Of a stretch of 64,000 nt of DNA, positions 29,255-39,575 are shown in pieces. A program made the position numbers and the translations under genes. A model generated the notes under the pieces. That model had not been told where the DNA came from. It ran no database searches and saw nothing but the letters and a program-made list of their open reading frames with translations. The number at the start of each line of letters is the position of its first letter. The stretch's first letter is position 1. Where the stretch lies: the IMG/VR virus record IMGVR_UViG_3300035703_000008, positions 124,001-188,000 of that record. One strand, written 5' to 3'.

Positions 29255-30066
29255 GCCATGTCCAGGGTAAACTGTTGCTGGTACTCGTTGCTGCAAGCGG
29301 TACACTTCATCTTGAGCGGTTTCAGCTCGCCGGTTTCTTTCACGGCCACGATGTGATCTCGGATCTTGGCAAACATCTTGCGATCACAGTTGGCCAACCA
29401 TTCGGCGATGTGCTCGGGATCCTCGACCTGTGCTGCAGGAGTCTGCACCAATCTGATGTTTTGTGCCAGAGCTTGGGTAGTGATCTCAGTGATCTTTTTC
29501 AGCATGGCTCCCATCTGTGCCAGTCGCTGCTGATCTTCCATGTCAGCAGCACCAAGGGCCTGCAGGGTCTTTTGTTCTTCAAACTGGCGCATGCTGTTTT
29601 CATTGATCTGGCGATAGGTCATGGGCCGGAAATACAGCTTGAGATCGCCCAGTTCCAGGAATTCGTCGTAGTCGGGCCGGCCAATGTTTTCCAGGATCTG
29701 ACGCAGGTCCAGGGCGTAATCTTCTTCGTTTTCGCATTTGGGACAGCGTGTGGTGATCTCCATCTCATGACCGTAAGTGGCGATGCGTATGGCCGTGATC
29801 ACGGTGTCGATGTCCATGCTGGGCATTTTCCAAGCATCTCGGATGTTGGGCACACAGCTTTGGATCACCGACGGCACCGCTGATCCGTTGAACAGGGCAT
29901 CAGGTGTGCGATAAGTGATCTCGTCCAGGGTGGTCATGGGCATCACGGGATATTCGCCGTTGGCAGTGGGTTCCAACGCGCCTTCGGGATAGTAACGGCC
30001 ATCGCTGGGCAGGCGGATATAGATCGCCGGTTGGCGGAAATACTGCTTGAGTGGGTTGTTTGGCAT
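29230..30066 (-). CDS. Baseplate hub assembly protein, T4 gp26-like
   Basis: NPLKQYFRQP..YI.LPS.G, MT..DEI, D.D...AIRIATYG, CPKC and CTAC zinc motifs, ends NFFEAAS; start placed at ATG 30066. Confidence 0.8.
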   Translation of the reverse strand: MPNNPLKQYFRQPAIYIRLPSDGRYYPEGALEPTANGEYPVMPMTTLDEITYRTPDALFNGSAVPSVIQSCVPNIRDAWKMPSMDIDTVITAIRIATYGHEMEITTRCPKCENEEDYALDLRQILENIGRPDYDEFLELGDLKLYFRPMTYRQINENSMRQFEEQKTLQALGAADMEDQQRLAQMGAMLKKITEITTQALAQNIRLVQTPAAQVEDPEHIAEWLANCDRKMFAKIRDHIVAVKETGELKPLKMKCTACSNEYQQQFTLDMANFFEAAS

Positions 30067-30081
30067 GGTTTTAGGTTTGGG

Positions 30082-30108
30082 TAAATAAGATGCAGCGAAA
30101 TATTTATA
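30082..30108. promoter_or_regulatory. Face-to-face late promoters: TAAATA (+, 30082-30087) and TATAAATA (-, 30101-30108)
   Basis: Motifs read directly in the 55-nt gap between divergent genes. Confidence 0.65.
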
Positions 30109-30121
30109 GGCCAAAAACTCT

Positions 30122-33100
30122 GTGGATCAAGAACTAGCACTTTTAATTGAACAACTGCGCGAGCTGACCCCGGCTCTGCGCAGCATGGGCGAGACCCAGG
30201 CCACGGCTTATACACGAGCCTCGGACCGCTTTGTGGCCAGCATGGCCAAAGTCGTGGCCAGCATGGAGAAAAGCAATCAAACACGGGCCCAGCAACAGCG
30301 AGCCACAGAAAAGTTCATTCGCGAAGTAGAAAAAGCCGCTGATGCCACCGAAGAATATCGCCAAGAACAAGAACGCCTGGCCCGTGAGCAAGAAGATGCT
30401 GCACGCGCCGCCGAAGAGCTGGCAGGTTCTCTAGATAGAGCCAGCCGCGCCAGCGATGCCGATCGAAATCGTGCAGCACTGCGCATGATGCGAGATCAGC
30501 GTCGTGCTCAATTTGATGATCAGAGAGAAGTTACCGCGGGTCGGCTGTTTGACGAATTTGGCCGTGGTACCACTCTCATGGGTGCCGCACGCGAGGGCCT
30601 TGAGAATCTTGGAGGCACCAGCATTGGTGCCACAGCAGGCCTACGCTTGTTCACTGCTGGTATAGAAGGTGCAGGCAAGGCCCTGCTCAGCTATGCCAAG
30701 GCCATGTACGACGGGGAACAAGGCGCGGCTGTTGCGGCCAAATCTGTGAAAGAATTCGCGGATACGGTCAGTAACGCGGCCATGGCCATTGGCACAGCCA
30801 TGATGTTGATCCCGAAGTTGGGCATAGCCGCTCGCGTCGCTGGCGCGGCCGTGACGGCACTTGGCGGTGCAGCCAAACTTGGCGCCGAAGCCACAAAACT
30901 CGCGGCCGAACAAAGCGATCGTCTCTACAAAAACTATCAGGTTCTCGGAAAATCCGGTGTGACCGCAGCCGATGGCATGATGGGCTTGGCCGAAGATGCG
31001 CAGCGTTTGGGTTATGGACTCAACGATGTTGATCTTGCTGCATTCCAGCAGACCCTGGGTGGTGCCAGCAAAGATCTAGCCATGCTGTCAGGTTCGGCCG
31101 TGGACGGACGCCGGAGCTTTGCTCGGTTTTCGGGCGATATAACACGCAGCGAGCTTGGCGAATACTTCATGAATCTTGGCATGAGCGTGGACGAGATCAA
31201 CGCAGGCACAGCAGGATTCGTCAAGCAACAGGTCAATCTTGGTCGTGCGCAAGGCATGACACAGGCACAGCTGACGCAAGGTGCTGTCAAGTATCTCAAA
31301 GAACTGGATGTGCTGACCAAGCTCACGGGCATGCAAAAGCAAGAGCTTGAAGCGCAGATGGATTCCAACCGCAGGAACGAGAGATTCCGCGCAGCCATCG
31401 AAAAAGTGCGGGCCGAGCAAGGTGACGAAGCTGCTAGAAATCTCGAAATGAACATGGCCGTGGCCTCAGAGCGATTCCCTGGTCTGGCCAAAGGTCTCAT
31501 GGATATCTCGGCGGGATTCGTCAACACCGAAGAAGCACAAAAAGTATTCCGCGCTGGCATGCAAGACGTGCCCATGCTGATGACCAAAGGACTGGGATCG
31601 GGCTTCCAGGAAATGGGGCAAGCCGCACAGAGAACCACAGATGCATTCGGGCATTTGGCAGCCGTGGGTGCCTACGGTGATGTGTTTGGCGACTATTATG
31701 AAAGCATGAAGGCCGCGGGCATGAGCAACGAGGATGCTGCCAAGCGTGCCCTAGAGTTGGCCGAGATACAGAAAAAACAAGGTGAAGGCGCTGACGCTGC
31801 TACCAAAGCACAGACTGAACTGCGACGCAGCCAGATGAACGCCAGGGACGACCTGCAAAACATGGTCAAAACTGGTGTGGTGTCTGCCACCAACGGCCTG
31901 AATTCGTTTGGAAAAGCCGCAGAAACCGTGGCCGATTCCATACGCAAGATGTTTGGCATCAAGACACCGGCATCAGAATTCAAAGGGCAAGTTGATCCAG
32001 AGCAGGTGAAAAAATCCCAGGAACAACTGGAGCTGGCCAAGAAGCGCAGTGAACTGGCTGACAAAAACCTAGCAGCAGCACGAGCTGAACTCGAAGAATT
32101 ACAAAAGCAAAATGCCAGTTTTAGAAAAACGCGAGAAGCAAGGATCCGTGTATTCAAAGCACAGGAAGAACAGAGTCGCGCCCAGACTGCTCTAGCTGGT
32201 GCTACAAAAAGAGCCAGAGCAGCGGCACCGGCTGCTCAAGGAGCTCCAGGAGCTCCATCAGCTGGAGGAACTCCCTCACTCGGCACAACACCAGCACTTG
32301 GTACACCGTCTACTACACCGGCCACCGCCCCAAGCACTACCTCCCCAACCACTGGTGCAACACCTGCCGGAGGCCAGGACACAGCTGGAGCTACCGCTCC
32401 AACCAGCGACCTAGTACCCAAGCTGCTGGACTTTATTGGAAAAATAGAATCTCGCAACAACTACAACGTGTTAGTGGGAGGAAAAACCAAATCTGATCCA
32501 GCTCTCACAGACATGACCGTGGCACAGGTGCAAGAATTCCAGAGCAAGATGCTGGGCATGGGCCGAGAAAGCACAGCAGTGGGCAAATATCAGATCATCA
32601 GAAAAACCCTGGCTGGACTGATAGAAGAGGGAGTGGTCAAACCTTCGGACAAGTTTGATGCCGCTACCCAAGACAAGCTGGCCATAGCCTTGCTGGAACG
32701 TCGTGGGCTCAGAGACTATCAGTCGGGCAAGATCAAACCCAACACGTTTGCCGACAACCTTGCCATGGAGTGGGCCAGTTTGCCTATGTCCAACAATCGC
32801 AGCTACTATGCTGACATTGGCAGCAACAAGAGCGGTGTTGATCGTGACGCTGTCATGCAAGTGATCGCTGCAGCCAAAGGTGGAGTAGCACAAGGGCCCA
32901 AGCTAGGGTATCCAGCTGTGCTACACGGTACCGAAGCTGTGGTACCTTTGCCTGATGGCAAACACATTCCAGTTGACATCAAAAACTTTGATATTCGAAA
33001 GATCATAGATTCTATGATGACTAAAAAATCCCGCGCATTGGGATTTGACAACAAGAATATCTCAGTTGATATCAAAAACTTTGATGTACAAAAAATCATG

Positions 33101-33592
33101 GATACCATGATGACCAAGTGGATGGATCCATCAGCTGTGCGACAACTACAGGGCAAGGACCGTGGGGATAAGTCAATAGAATCCAGCTTTGCCTATCTCA
33201 TGGACAACTACGGAAAAGAGTCAAAGAATCTTGATCGTATCACAGAGTCGTTGTCCACGATGTTTGCTAGCATGCAAGATCGAGTGCTGCCAGAGATATC
33301 AAACTTAAAAGACAGCGTGTTTACTTCTATCGCAGACATGCGATCTCGTGAAATCGCAACCACGGGCACAGCCATCGATGATCAATTCTTGCAAGAACTG
33401 CGGGCAGTGAACAGAGAACTGCCCACAGCAGTAGAACGTGCGGTACGAACAGCCATGACTGACACACAACGGGCACAAGCTGATGTATCTGCGGCTGTGA
33501 AATCCCTGATCCCCGAACTGCAAACACAGACACAGGTCTTGCAACGTCAGACATCAGTGAGCGAGCGTATATTACAGGCAGCACAAAACTAG
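30122..33592 (+). CDS. Tape measure-like protein with C-terminal lysozyme-like domain
   Basis: 1156 aa, Ala/Gly-rich helical; IESRNNYN...TAVGKYQII...FD...QD.LA..L...EWASLP muramidase motifs; LHGTEAVVPL. Confidence 0.75.
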   Translation: MDQELALLIEQLRELTPALRSMGETQATAYTRASDRFVASMAKVVASMEKSNQTRAQQQRATEKFIREVEKAADATEEYRQEQERLAREQEDAARAAEELAGSLDRASRASDADRNRAALRMMRDQRRAQFDDQREVTAGRLFDEFGRGTTLMGAAREGLENLGGTSIGATAGLRLFTAGIEGAGKALLSYAKAMYDGEQGAAVAAKSVKEFADTVSNAAMAIGTAMMLIPKLGIAARVAGAAVTALGGAAKLGAEATKLAAEQSDRLYKNYQVLGKSGVTAADGMMGLAEDAQRLGYGLNDVDLAAFQQTLGGASKDLAMLSGSAVDGRRSFARFSGDITRSELGEYFMNLGMSVDEINAGTAGFVKQQVNLGRAQGMTQAQLTQGAVKYLKELDVLTKLTGMQKQELEAQMDSNRRNERFRAAIEKVRAEQGDEAARNLEMNMAVASERFPGLAKGLMDISAGFVNTEEAQKVFRAGMQDVPMLMTKGLGSGFQEMGQAAQRTTDAFGHLAAVGAYGDVFGDYYESMKAAGMSNEDAAKRALELAEIQKKQGEGADAATKAQTELRRSQMNARDDLQNMVKTGVVSATNGLNSFGKAAETVADSIRKMFGIKTPASEFKGQVDPEQVKKSQEQLELAKKRSELADKNLAAARAELEELQKQNASFRKTREARIRVFKAQEEQSRAQTALAGATKRARAAAPAAQGAPGAPSAGGTPSLGTTPALGTPSTTPATAPSTTSPTTGATPAGGQDTAGATAPTSDLVPKLLDFIGKIESRNNYNVLVGGKTKSDPALTDMTVAQVQEFQSKMLGMGRESTAVGKYQIIRKTLAGLIEEGVVKPSDKFDAATQDKLAIALLERRGLRDYQSGKIKPNTFADNLAMEWASLPMSNNRSYYADIGSNKSGVDRDAVMQVIAAAKGGVAQGPKLGYPAVLHGTEAVVPLPDGKHIPVDIKNFDIRKIIDSMMTKKSRALGFDNKNISVDIKNFDVQKIMDTMMTKWMDPSAVRQLQGKDRGDKSIESSFAYLMDNYGKESKNLDRITESLSTMFASMQDRVLPEISNLKDSVFTSIADMRSREIATTGTAIDDQFLQELRAVNRELPTAVERAVRTAMTDTQRAQADVSAAVKSLIPELQTQTQVLQRQTSVSERILQAAQN

Positions 33593-33605
33593 GGTTAAAT
33601 ATCGT

Positions 33606-35396
33606 ATGGGTTGGAAAAAATACTTCAAGGTAGCAAATGCCAATGGTGAGCTGAGTCCGCTTTCGGGATCAACTGCACAGGGTCTGCCCGGCTATGGGCG
33701 CAACAACGGTGCAGATCCCATGACCGGGCATGCTAATGTGGTGTACCGCAACTATGCCAGCCAACTGCCTGAAGTCTATTCAGGACACCCCAATCGTATT
33801 GAAAGATACAATCAATACGAAAACATGGACACCGATTCAGAGATCAATGCCTGTCTGGATATCATATCAGAATTTTCCACCCAGGTCGATGAGCAAACTG
33901 GTGTGCCTTTCCGTGTCAGCTACAACGAGCAGCCCACTGACAGCGAAGTAGAAATCATCAAAAAACAGCTCAAGCAATGGGTCAAGCTCAACAAGCTAGA
34001 TCAGCGCATATTCAAGCTGTTCCGTAACACACTCAAGTACGGAGACCAGGTCTTTGTGCGCGACCCAGAAACATTTGAGATGTACTGGGTAGACATGACC
34101 AAGGTCAGTCGAGTGATCGTCAACGAAAGCGAGGGCAAAAGACCCGAGCAGTATGTGATCCGAGACATCAACCCCAACTTCCAGAATCTCACGATCGCAG
34201 CCAAGACCACATCAGATTATCAGAGCAATCCTCCCAGCTCGGGTTATGTGGGTCAGTTCAACTACACAGCGCCGCAGTCCAATGTGCCAGGTGGTAGTGC
34301 TGGCCAGAGCCGATTCTCAGCGGCTATGAACGAAGCCGTGTTGGATGCCAAGCATGTGGTGCACATCAGCCTCAGCGAAGGACTGGACTTTTTCTGGCCG
34401 TTTGGGCAGAGCATACTTGATGTGATCTATCGTGTTTTCAAGCAGAAAGAACTGCTAGAAGATGCGGTGCTGATCTATCGCGTGAGTCGTGCTCCTGAGC
34501 GCCGGGTATTCAAGATTGACGTGGGCAACATGCCTAGCCACATGGCCATGAGCTTTGTGGAGCGTGTTAAAAACGAGATCCATCAGCGCAGGATACCCAG
34601 CCATACCGGGGGTGGAGATGGTCGACACATCATGGATTCGGGCTACAACCCACTTAGTATCAACGAAGACTACTTTTTCCCACAGACCGCAGACGGTCGT
34701 GGTTCCAGCGTAGAAACACTGCCCGGCGGGTCAAATCTCGGCGAGATCGACGACCTCAAGTACTTCAACAACAAGATGTGCCGCGGTCTGCGTGTGCCTT
34801 CCAGCTATCTGCCCACCGGACCCGACGACAGCGACCGCCCCATGAACGATGGACGTGTGGGCACAGCGCTCATCCAGGAGTATCGTTTCAATCAATACTG
34901 CGAGCGTCTACAGCGTCTAGTGGTACAAAAGCTCGACGACGAGTTCAAGATGTTCATGCGTTGGCGTGGCCTCAACATTGATTCGGGTCTGTTCAATCTT
35001 GAATTTTGCCCCCCGCAAAACTTTGCCAGCTATCGCGAAGCCGAGTTGGATACCACTCGTGTGAGCACTTTCCAAAGCCTTGATGGTGTACCTTATTTCA
35101 GCAAGAGATTCTTGCTCAAACGCTATCTTGGACTCACTGAAGAAGAGATCACAGAAAACGAGACCATGTGGTTGGAAGAGCGCAGCAAACCAGACATGCC
35201 GGGTGCTACTGGACAGGATCTGCGATCTGTGGGCATCAATCCTGCCGATCTCGAGTCTGATATCACAACCGGTGAAGAGTTGTCAGATCTTTCCATAGGT
35301 GCACCAGGAGAGATTGGTGCTGGAGAACCAGGCACCACCGGAGCCAGCCCAGGACAACAGCCAGGTGCGGCCGTGACTCCCCCGCCAGCCGCATAA
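33606..35396 (+). CDS. Portal protein, T4 gp20-like
   Basis: LEDAVLIYRVSRAPERRVFKIDVGNMP, EDYFFP, TLPGG.NLGEIDDLKYF. Confidence 0.95.
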   Translation: MGWKKYFKVANANGELSPLSGSTAQGLPGYGRNNGADPMTGHANVVYRNYASQLPEVYSGHPNRIERYNQYENMDTDSEINACLDIISEFSTQVDEQTGVPFRVSYNEQPTDSEVEIIKKQLKQWVKLNKLDQRIFKLFRNTLKYGDQVFVRDPETFEMYWVDMTKVSRVIVNESEGKRPEQYVIRDINPNFQNLTIAAKTTSDYQSNPPSSGYVGQFNYTAPQSNVPGGSAGQSRFSAAMNEAVLDAKHVVHISLSEGLDFFWPFGQSILDVIYRVFKQKELLEDAVLIYRVSRAPERRVFKIDVGNMPSHMAMSFVERVKNEIHQRRIPSHTGGGDGRHIMDSGYNPLSINEDYFFPQTADGRGSSVETLPGGSNLGEIDDLKYFNNKMCRGLRVPSSYLPTGPDDSDRPMNDGRVGTALIQEYRFNQYCERLQRLVVQKLDDEFKMFMRWRGLNIDSGLFNLEFCPPQNFASYREAELDTTRVSTFQSLDGVPYFSKRFLLKRYLGLTEEEITENETMWLEERSKPDMPGATGQDLRSVGINPADLESDITTGEELSDLSIGAPGEIGAGEPGTTGASPGQQPGAAVTPPPAA

Positions 35397-35404
35397 ATAC
35401 TGAT

Positions 35405-35623
35405 ATGATACTAAACGAGATCTATGAACGCCCACCCGAGGAATTCCAAGACACTGCGCAGGACAACAGCCAACCACGCCTGGGCGATCTCCGCAAGACC
35501 AAACTCACTCTGCGTCAACTCAATAAGCTGCGCAGGATGAACGATGTTCGTTCTTACGAGTACAAGGAAAAGCTCAAAAACATCCAGCTGATCTATGCAC
35601 CACCGGCTCAACCTCTGGGTTGA
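35405..35623 (+). CDS. Small prohead-associated protein
   Basis: 72 aa after portal with own TAAATA (35394-35399); RKTKLTLRQLNKLR. Confidence 0.7.
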   Translation: MILNEIYERPPEEFQDTAQDNSQPRLGDLRKTKLTLRQLNKLRRMNDVRSYEYKEKLKNIQLIYAPPAQPLG

Positions 35624-35725
35624 TCGTCATTTTCCAGTAATATTTCCTGATTTTATAGCTTAAACTGCTTATAAAACCCTCCATGGCTTAAATATCTAAC
35701 AGAGCCATTACTTTTGGAGGGTCTC

Positions 35726-36583
35726 ATGAATAAATTTGAACAACTGATCGAATACGTGATCAATGACGAGGAAGCAAAAGCTCGCGAGCTTTTCCACGAG
35801 ATCGTCGTTGACAAGAGCCGTCAGATCTACGAAGAACTCATGCAAGAGGAGTCCACCGAAGACGAAGACGAGAAAGCCGAAAAGGCCGGTGAAAAAGTCA
35901 CCAAAGATCTTGAGTACGATGATGCCAAAGATCGCAAGGAAAAGAAGATGGACGAAGGCATGCACGACATGGATGAAACCATGGGCGGCGACGCTGCTGA
36001 CGACCTCATCGACGATGTAGAAACCGAAGAACAAGGCCTTTCCATGGAAGCCGAAGGTGATGACGAAGAAGATCATCACGATGACATGGGCGGCAACGAA
36101 GAGCTGGAAGATCGTGTGGTTGATCTCGAAGACAAGCTCGACGAACTCATGGCTGAATTTGAAGCTCTCATGGGCGGCGATGAAGACATGGGCGACGAAG
36201 AAGGCGAAGAGATGGACATGGACATGGAAGTTGACACTGACGGTGGCGACGACATGACTGACATTGAAGTAGCTGACGACGAGTTTGAAACCGAAGGCAT
36301 GATGGAAGCTGTGACACTGAAAGCAGTGCCCAAGCCCACACACGGCGATAACGGTGCTAACAACAAGAGCCCTGTGGCTGCCAATGCTGGCGCTAAAGGT
36401 GCAATGGCTCAGCCCGTCAAGATGACTGGCGATACAGCGCAAGGACGTCCTGCTCCCACAGCAAAAGATGCCATCGGCAAGGTTGGTAACACACCTGCTC
36501 AAAGCACACAAGAACCCAAGCCTGCAACCAAGCCCCATCTGGCACAGGCCTCCGGTGTCAACACCAAGTCTGTTATCCAATAA
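35726..36583 (+). CDS. Acidic prohead core/scaffold-like protein
   Basis: Very D/E-rich; between portal and protease; TAAATA 35689-35694 and GGAGG SD before ATG 35726. Confidence 0.7.
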   Translation: MNKFEQLIEYVINDEEAKARELFHEIVVDKSRQIYEELMQEESTEDEDEKAEKAGEKVTKDLEYDDAKDRKEKKMDEGMHDMDETMGGDAADDLIDDVETEEQGLSMEAEGDDEEDHHDDMGGNEELEDRVVDLEDKLDELMAEFEALMGGDEDMGDEEGEEMDMDMEVDTDGGDDMTDIEVADDEFETEGMMEAVTLKAVPKPTHGDNGANNKSPVAANAGAKGAMAQPVKMTGDTAQGRPAPTAKDAIGKVGNTPAQSTQEPKPATKPHLAQASGVNTKSVIQ

Positions 36584-36595
36584 GGATCCGGGTAA

Positions 36596-37222
36596 ATGGC
36601 TCTTTACCTAAGAGAAAATCTTACCTTCAACCAAGCCAACATTGTTGTGGAAGGCGCGGGAGAAGGTAAGGATCTCTATATGAAAGGTATCTGTATCCAA
36701 GGCGGGGTTAAAAATGCCAATGAGCGTGTTTACCCTGTGCAAGAGATCGAGCGTGCAGTGCAAACACTGAACGAGCAGATCACCGAAGGCTACAGTGTCA
36801 TGGGCGAAGTTGATCACCCCGATGATCTCAAAGTAAACCTAGATCGAGTCAGTCACATCATCACTTCGATGTGGATGGACGGTCCCAACGGTTTTGGAAA
36901 ACTAAAAATATTGCCCACGCCCATGGGTCAGCTGGTTTCTACCATGCTGAATTCTGGTGTGAAGCTAGGAGTTTCGAGTCGTGGCAGCGGTAATGTCGAC
37001 GACCGTACAGGATACGTCAGTGACTTTGAGATAGTCACTGTCGATATTGTTGCCCAGCCCAGCGCTCCCAACGCATATCCCAAGGCTATCTACGAAGGAC
37101 TCATGAACATGAAATATGGTCATCGTACCCTCGAGATAGCACGCGATGCTGGTCAGGACAACAAAGTACAGAGATACTTGAAGAGCGAAGTAATCAAGCT
37201 CATCAATGATCTCAAAATCTAG
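36596..37222 (+). CDS. Prohead protease, T4 gp21-like
   Basis: N.NERVYP, GEVDHP, VSH, TPMG, GVSSRGSG, D.VA.PSAP.A. Confidence 0.95.
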   Translation: MALYLRENLTFNQANIVVEGAGEGKDLYMKGICIQGGVKNANERVYPVQEIERAVQTLNEQITEGYSVMGEVDHPDDLKVNLDRVSHIITSMWMDGPNGFGKLKILPTPMGQLVSTMLNSGVKLGVSSRGSGNVDDRTGYVSDFEIVTVDIVAQPSAPNAYPKAIYEGLMNMKYGHRTLEIARDAGQDNKVQRYLKSEVIKLINDLKI

Positions 37223-37231
37223 GAGAATCGC

Positions 37232-38323
37232 ATGTTTGATGCACTGAAACCACTACTAGATAGCGATCTTATCAATGAAGACACTCGCACAGCGATTTCT
37301 GAAGCCTGGGAAACCAAGCTCAATGAAGCTCGTGAGCAAGTGCGTGCAGAACTCCGCGAAGAGTTTGCACAACGCTATGAGCATGACAAAACAGTGATGG
37401 TGGAAGCCCTAGATCGCATGGTAACAGAAGGTCTCTCTGCAGAGATCCAGGCTGTGACTGCTGAAAAGCAAGCACTGGCCGAAGATCGCGTTCGTTTCCA
37501 AAGCAAGATGAAAGAAAGTGCCTCGAAGTTTGACAGCTTCATGGTTTCTAAACTTGCCGAAGAAATCGGCGAACTGCGCAAGGATCGCAAACAGCACAAC
37601 GAAGGATTCAAGAAACTCGAGAAATTCGTGGTGCGTGCCCTTGCTGAAGAGATCCGGGAATTTGCCGAAGACAAGCGTGACTTGGTGGAAACCAAAGTGC
37701 GTCTGGTCAGCGAAGCAAGATCCAAGCTGGAATCACTGAAAGCACGATTCATCAAAGAATCTGCTAACAAGATGAGCCGGGCTGTTAGCCAGCATCTCCG
37801 GGCCGAACTGACCCAGTTGCAAGAAGACATCAAGATTGCTCGAGAGAACAATTTTGGTCGTCGCTTGTTTGAAGCGTTTGCTGCCGAATTTGGTGCTACT
37901 CATCTCAATGAGAACGCCGAAGTCCGCAAGCTCTCGCAGCTTGTTCAAGACAAGAACCGTCAACTGGCAGAAGCCACCCAGACCCTCGAGAAAGCCAAAG
38001 TTCTCGTTGAGTCCAAGGACCGTGAGATTCGCATGATCAAAGAATCCAATGTGCGTCAAAGCACAATGGAAGAGCTGCTGAGTCCTCTCAACGAGGAAAA
38101 GCGTGAGGTCATGAAGAATCTCTTGGAAAGCGTTCAAACCAACCGTTTGAAGAACGCTTTTGAGAAATATCTACCAGCAGTACTCGCTGAAGGCAAATCA
38201 TCGAAAGCTCGTCAAGTGATCGCTGAAAGCCATGTCGAAGTCACTGGTGATAAAAGTGTCAAGGCAGTTGAAGACGAATCTCGTTCCAACGTGATCGACA
38301 TCAAACGCCTGGCAGGACTGTAA
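37232..38323 (+). CDS. Prohead core scaffold protein, gp22-like
   Basis: Coiled-coil, E/K-rich, between protease and capsid genes. Confidence 0.85.
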   Translation: MFDALKPLLDSDLINEDTRTAISEAWETKLNEAREQVRAELREEFAQRYEHDKTVMVEALDRMVTEGLSAEIQAVTAEKQALAEDRVRFQSKMKESASKFDSFMVSKLAEEIGELRKDRKQHNEGFKKLEKFVVRALAEEIREFAEDKRDLVETKVRLVSEARSKLESLKARFIKESANKMSRAVSQHLRAELTQLQEDIKIARENNFGRRLFEAFAAEFGATHLNENAEVRKLSQLVQDKNRQLAEATQTLEKAKVLVESKDREIRMIKESNVRQSTMEELLSPLNEEKREVMKNLLESVQTNRLKNAFEKYLPAVLAEGKSSKARQVIAESHVEVTGDKSVKAVEDESRSNVIDIKRLAGL

Positions 38324-38340
38324 TATAAAGGAGACATAGA

Positions 38341-39558
38341 ATGTCACAAGAACTGCTTGAAAGCCGTTGGGACGAGACCAAAGATGCCCTCATGGAAGGC
38401 CTCAAAGGTAGCCGTCGCAATACAATGGGTGTAATCCTTGAGAACACTCGCAAGTACCTGAAAGAGAATGCCAGCCCCGGTTCTACAGTTTCGGGTAACA
38501 TCGCCACTCTGAACCGTGTGATCCTGCCAGTGATTCGACGGGTCATGCCCACTGTCATCGCTAACGAACTCGTTGGTGTGCAGCCCATGACTGGTCCTGT
38601 TGGCCAGATCCACACTCTGCGTGTGCGTTATGCTTCGACCATGACTGACCAAACAGCAGCCGCTACTTCCGTAGTTGCTGGTGAAGAAGCTCTGTCACCA
38701 TTTAAGATCGCTGTTGCTTACTCCGCTGGCGCTCGTGGTGCTGACAACGCTGCTACAACACAAACTGCTGCCCAGGGTTATGCTGGTGGCACAACTGCTC
38801 TGCTCGAGGGCAACGGTGGTCGTCAGATCTCCGTGCAGATCCTGAAGCAGGCTGTTGAAGCCAAAACTCGTAAACTGCAAGCTCGCTGGACATTTGAAGC
38901 TGCTCAAGACGCACAAGCCATGCACGGTATTGACGTTGAGGCAGAAATCATGGCCGCACTTGCCCAGGAAATCACTGCTGAAATCGATCAGGAGATCCTC
39001 CTGAGCCTCCGCAGCCTGGCCACTACAGAGTTCACATACAACCAAGCTACCGTTTCTGGTACAGCTACATTCGTTGGTGACGAGCACGCTGCTCTTGCTG
39101 TTCTCATCAATCGTGTTGCTAACCTGATCGCTCAGCGTACACGCCGTGGCGCAGGTAACTGGGCAGTTGTTTCGCCCGCTTCGTTGACTGTGCTCCAGTC
39201 CGCAACAACTTCTGCTTTTGCTCGTACTACAGAAGGTACTTTCGAAGCACCTACCAACACCAAGTTCGTTGGAACACTGAACGGCGCAATGCGTGTGTTC
39301 GTTGACTCCTATGCCAGCGACTCCACACCTGTGCTGGTTGGTTACAAGGGTTCGTCTGAGGCTGACGCAGCAGCATTCTACTGCCCCTACATCCCCCTCA
39401 TGAGCTCTGGTGTTGTTCTGGATCCCACAACGTTTGAACCCGTTGTGAGCTTCATGACACGTTATGGCTACATCGAGCTTACAAACACAGCCTCGTCCTT
39501 TGGCAACGCAGGCGACTATGTTGGTGAGATCGCTGTTTCTAACCTGTCGTTCTCCTAA
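38341..39558 (+). CDS. Major capsid protein, T4 gp23-like
   Basis: RRVMP..IA.ELVGVQPMTGP, RKLQARWT.EAAQD...HG.D.EAE, FYCPYIPL, MTRYG. Confidence 0.97.
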   Translation: MSQELLESRWDETKDALMEGLKGSRRNTMGVILENTRKYLKENASPGSTVSGNIATLNRVILPVIRRVMPTVIANELVGVQPMTGPVGQIHTLRVRYASTMTDQTAAATSVVAGEEALSPFKIAVAYSAGARGADNAATTQTAAQGYAGGTTALLEGNGGRQISVQILKQAVEAKTRKLQARWTFEAAQDAQAMHGIDVEAEIMAALAQEITAEIDQEILLSLRSLATTEFTYNQATVSGTATFVGDEHAALAVLINRVANLIAQRTRRGAGNWAVVSPASLTVLQSATTSAFARTTEGTFEAPTNTKFVGTLNGAMRVFVDSYASDSTPVLVGYKGSSEADAAAFYCPYIPLMSSGVVLDPTTFEPVVSFMTRYGYIELTNTASSFGNAGDYVGEIAVSNLSFS

Positions 39559-39575
39559 TCAGAGAATCGTAACAA

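Noticed and set aside
29255-29305. ORF-track start for 29015-29305 (MYRLQQ...)
   Set aside because: Lies inside the gp26-like gene with a non-ATG start and no SD; sequence upstream of the slippery site looks non-coding in this frame
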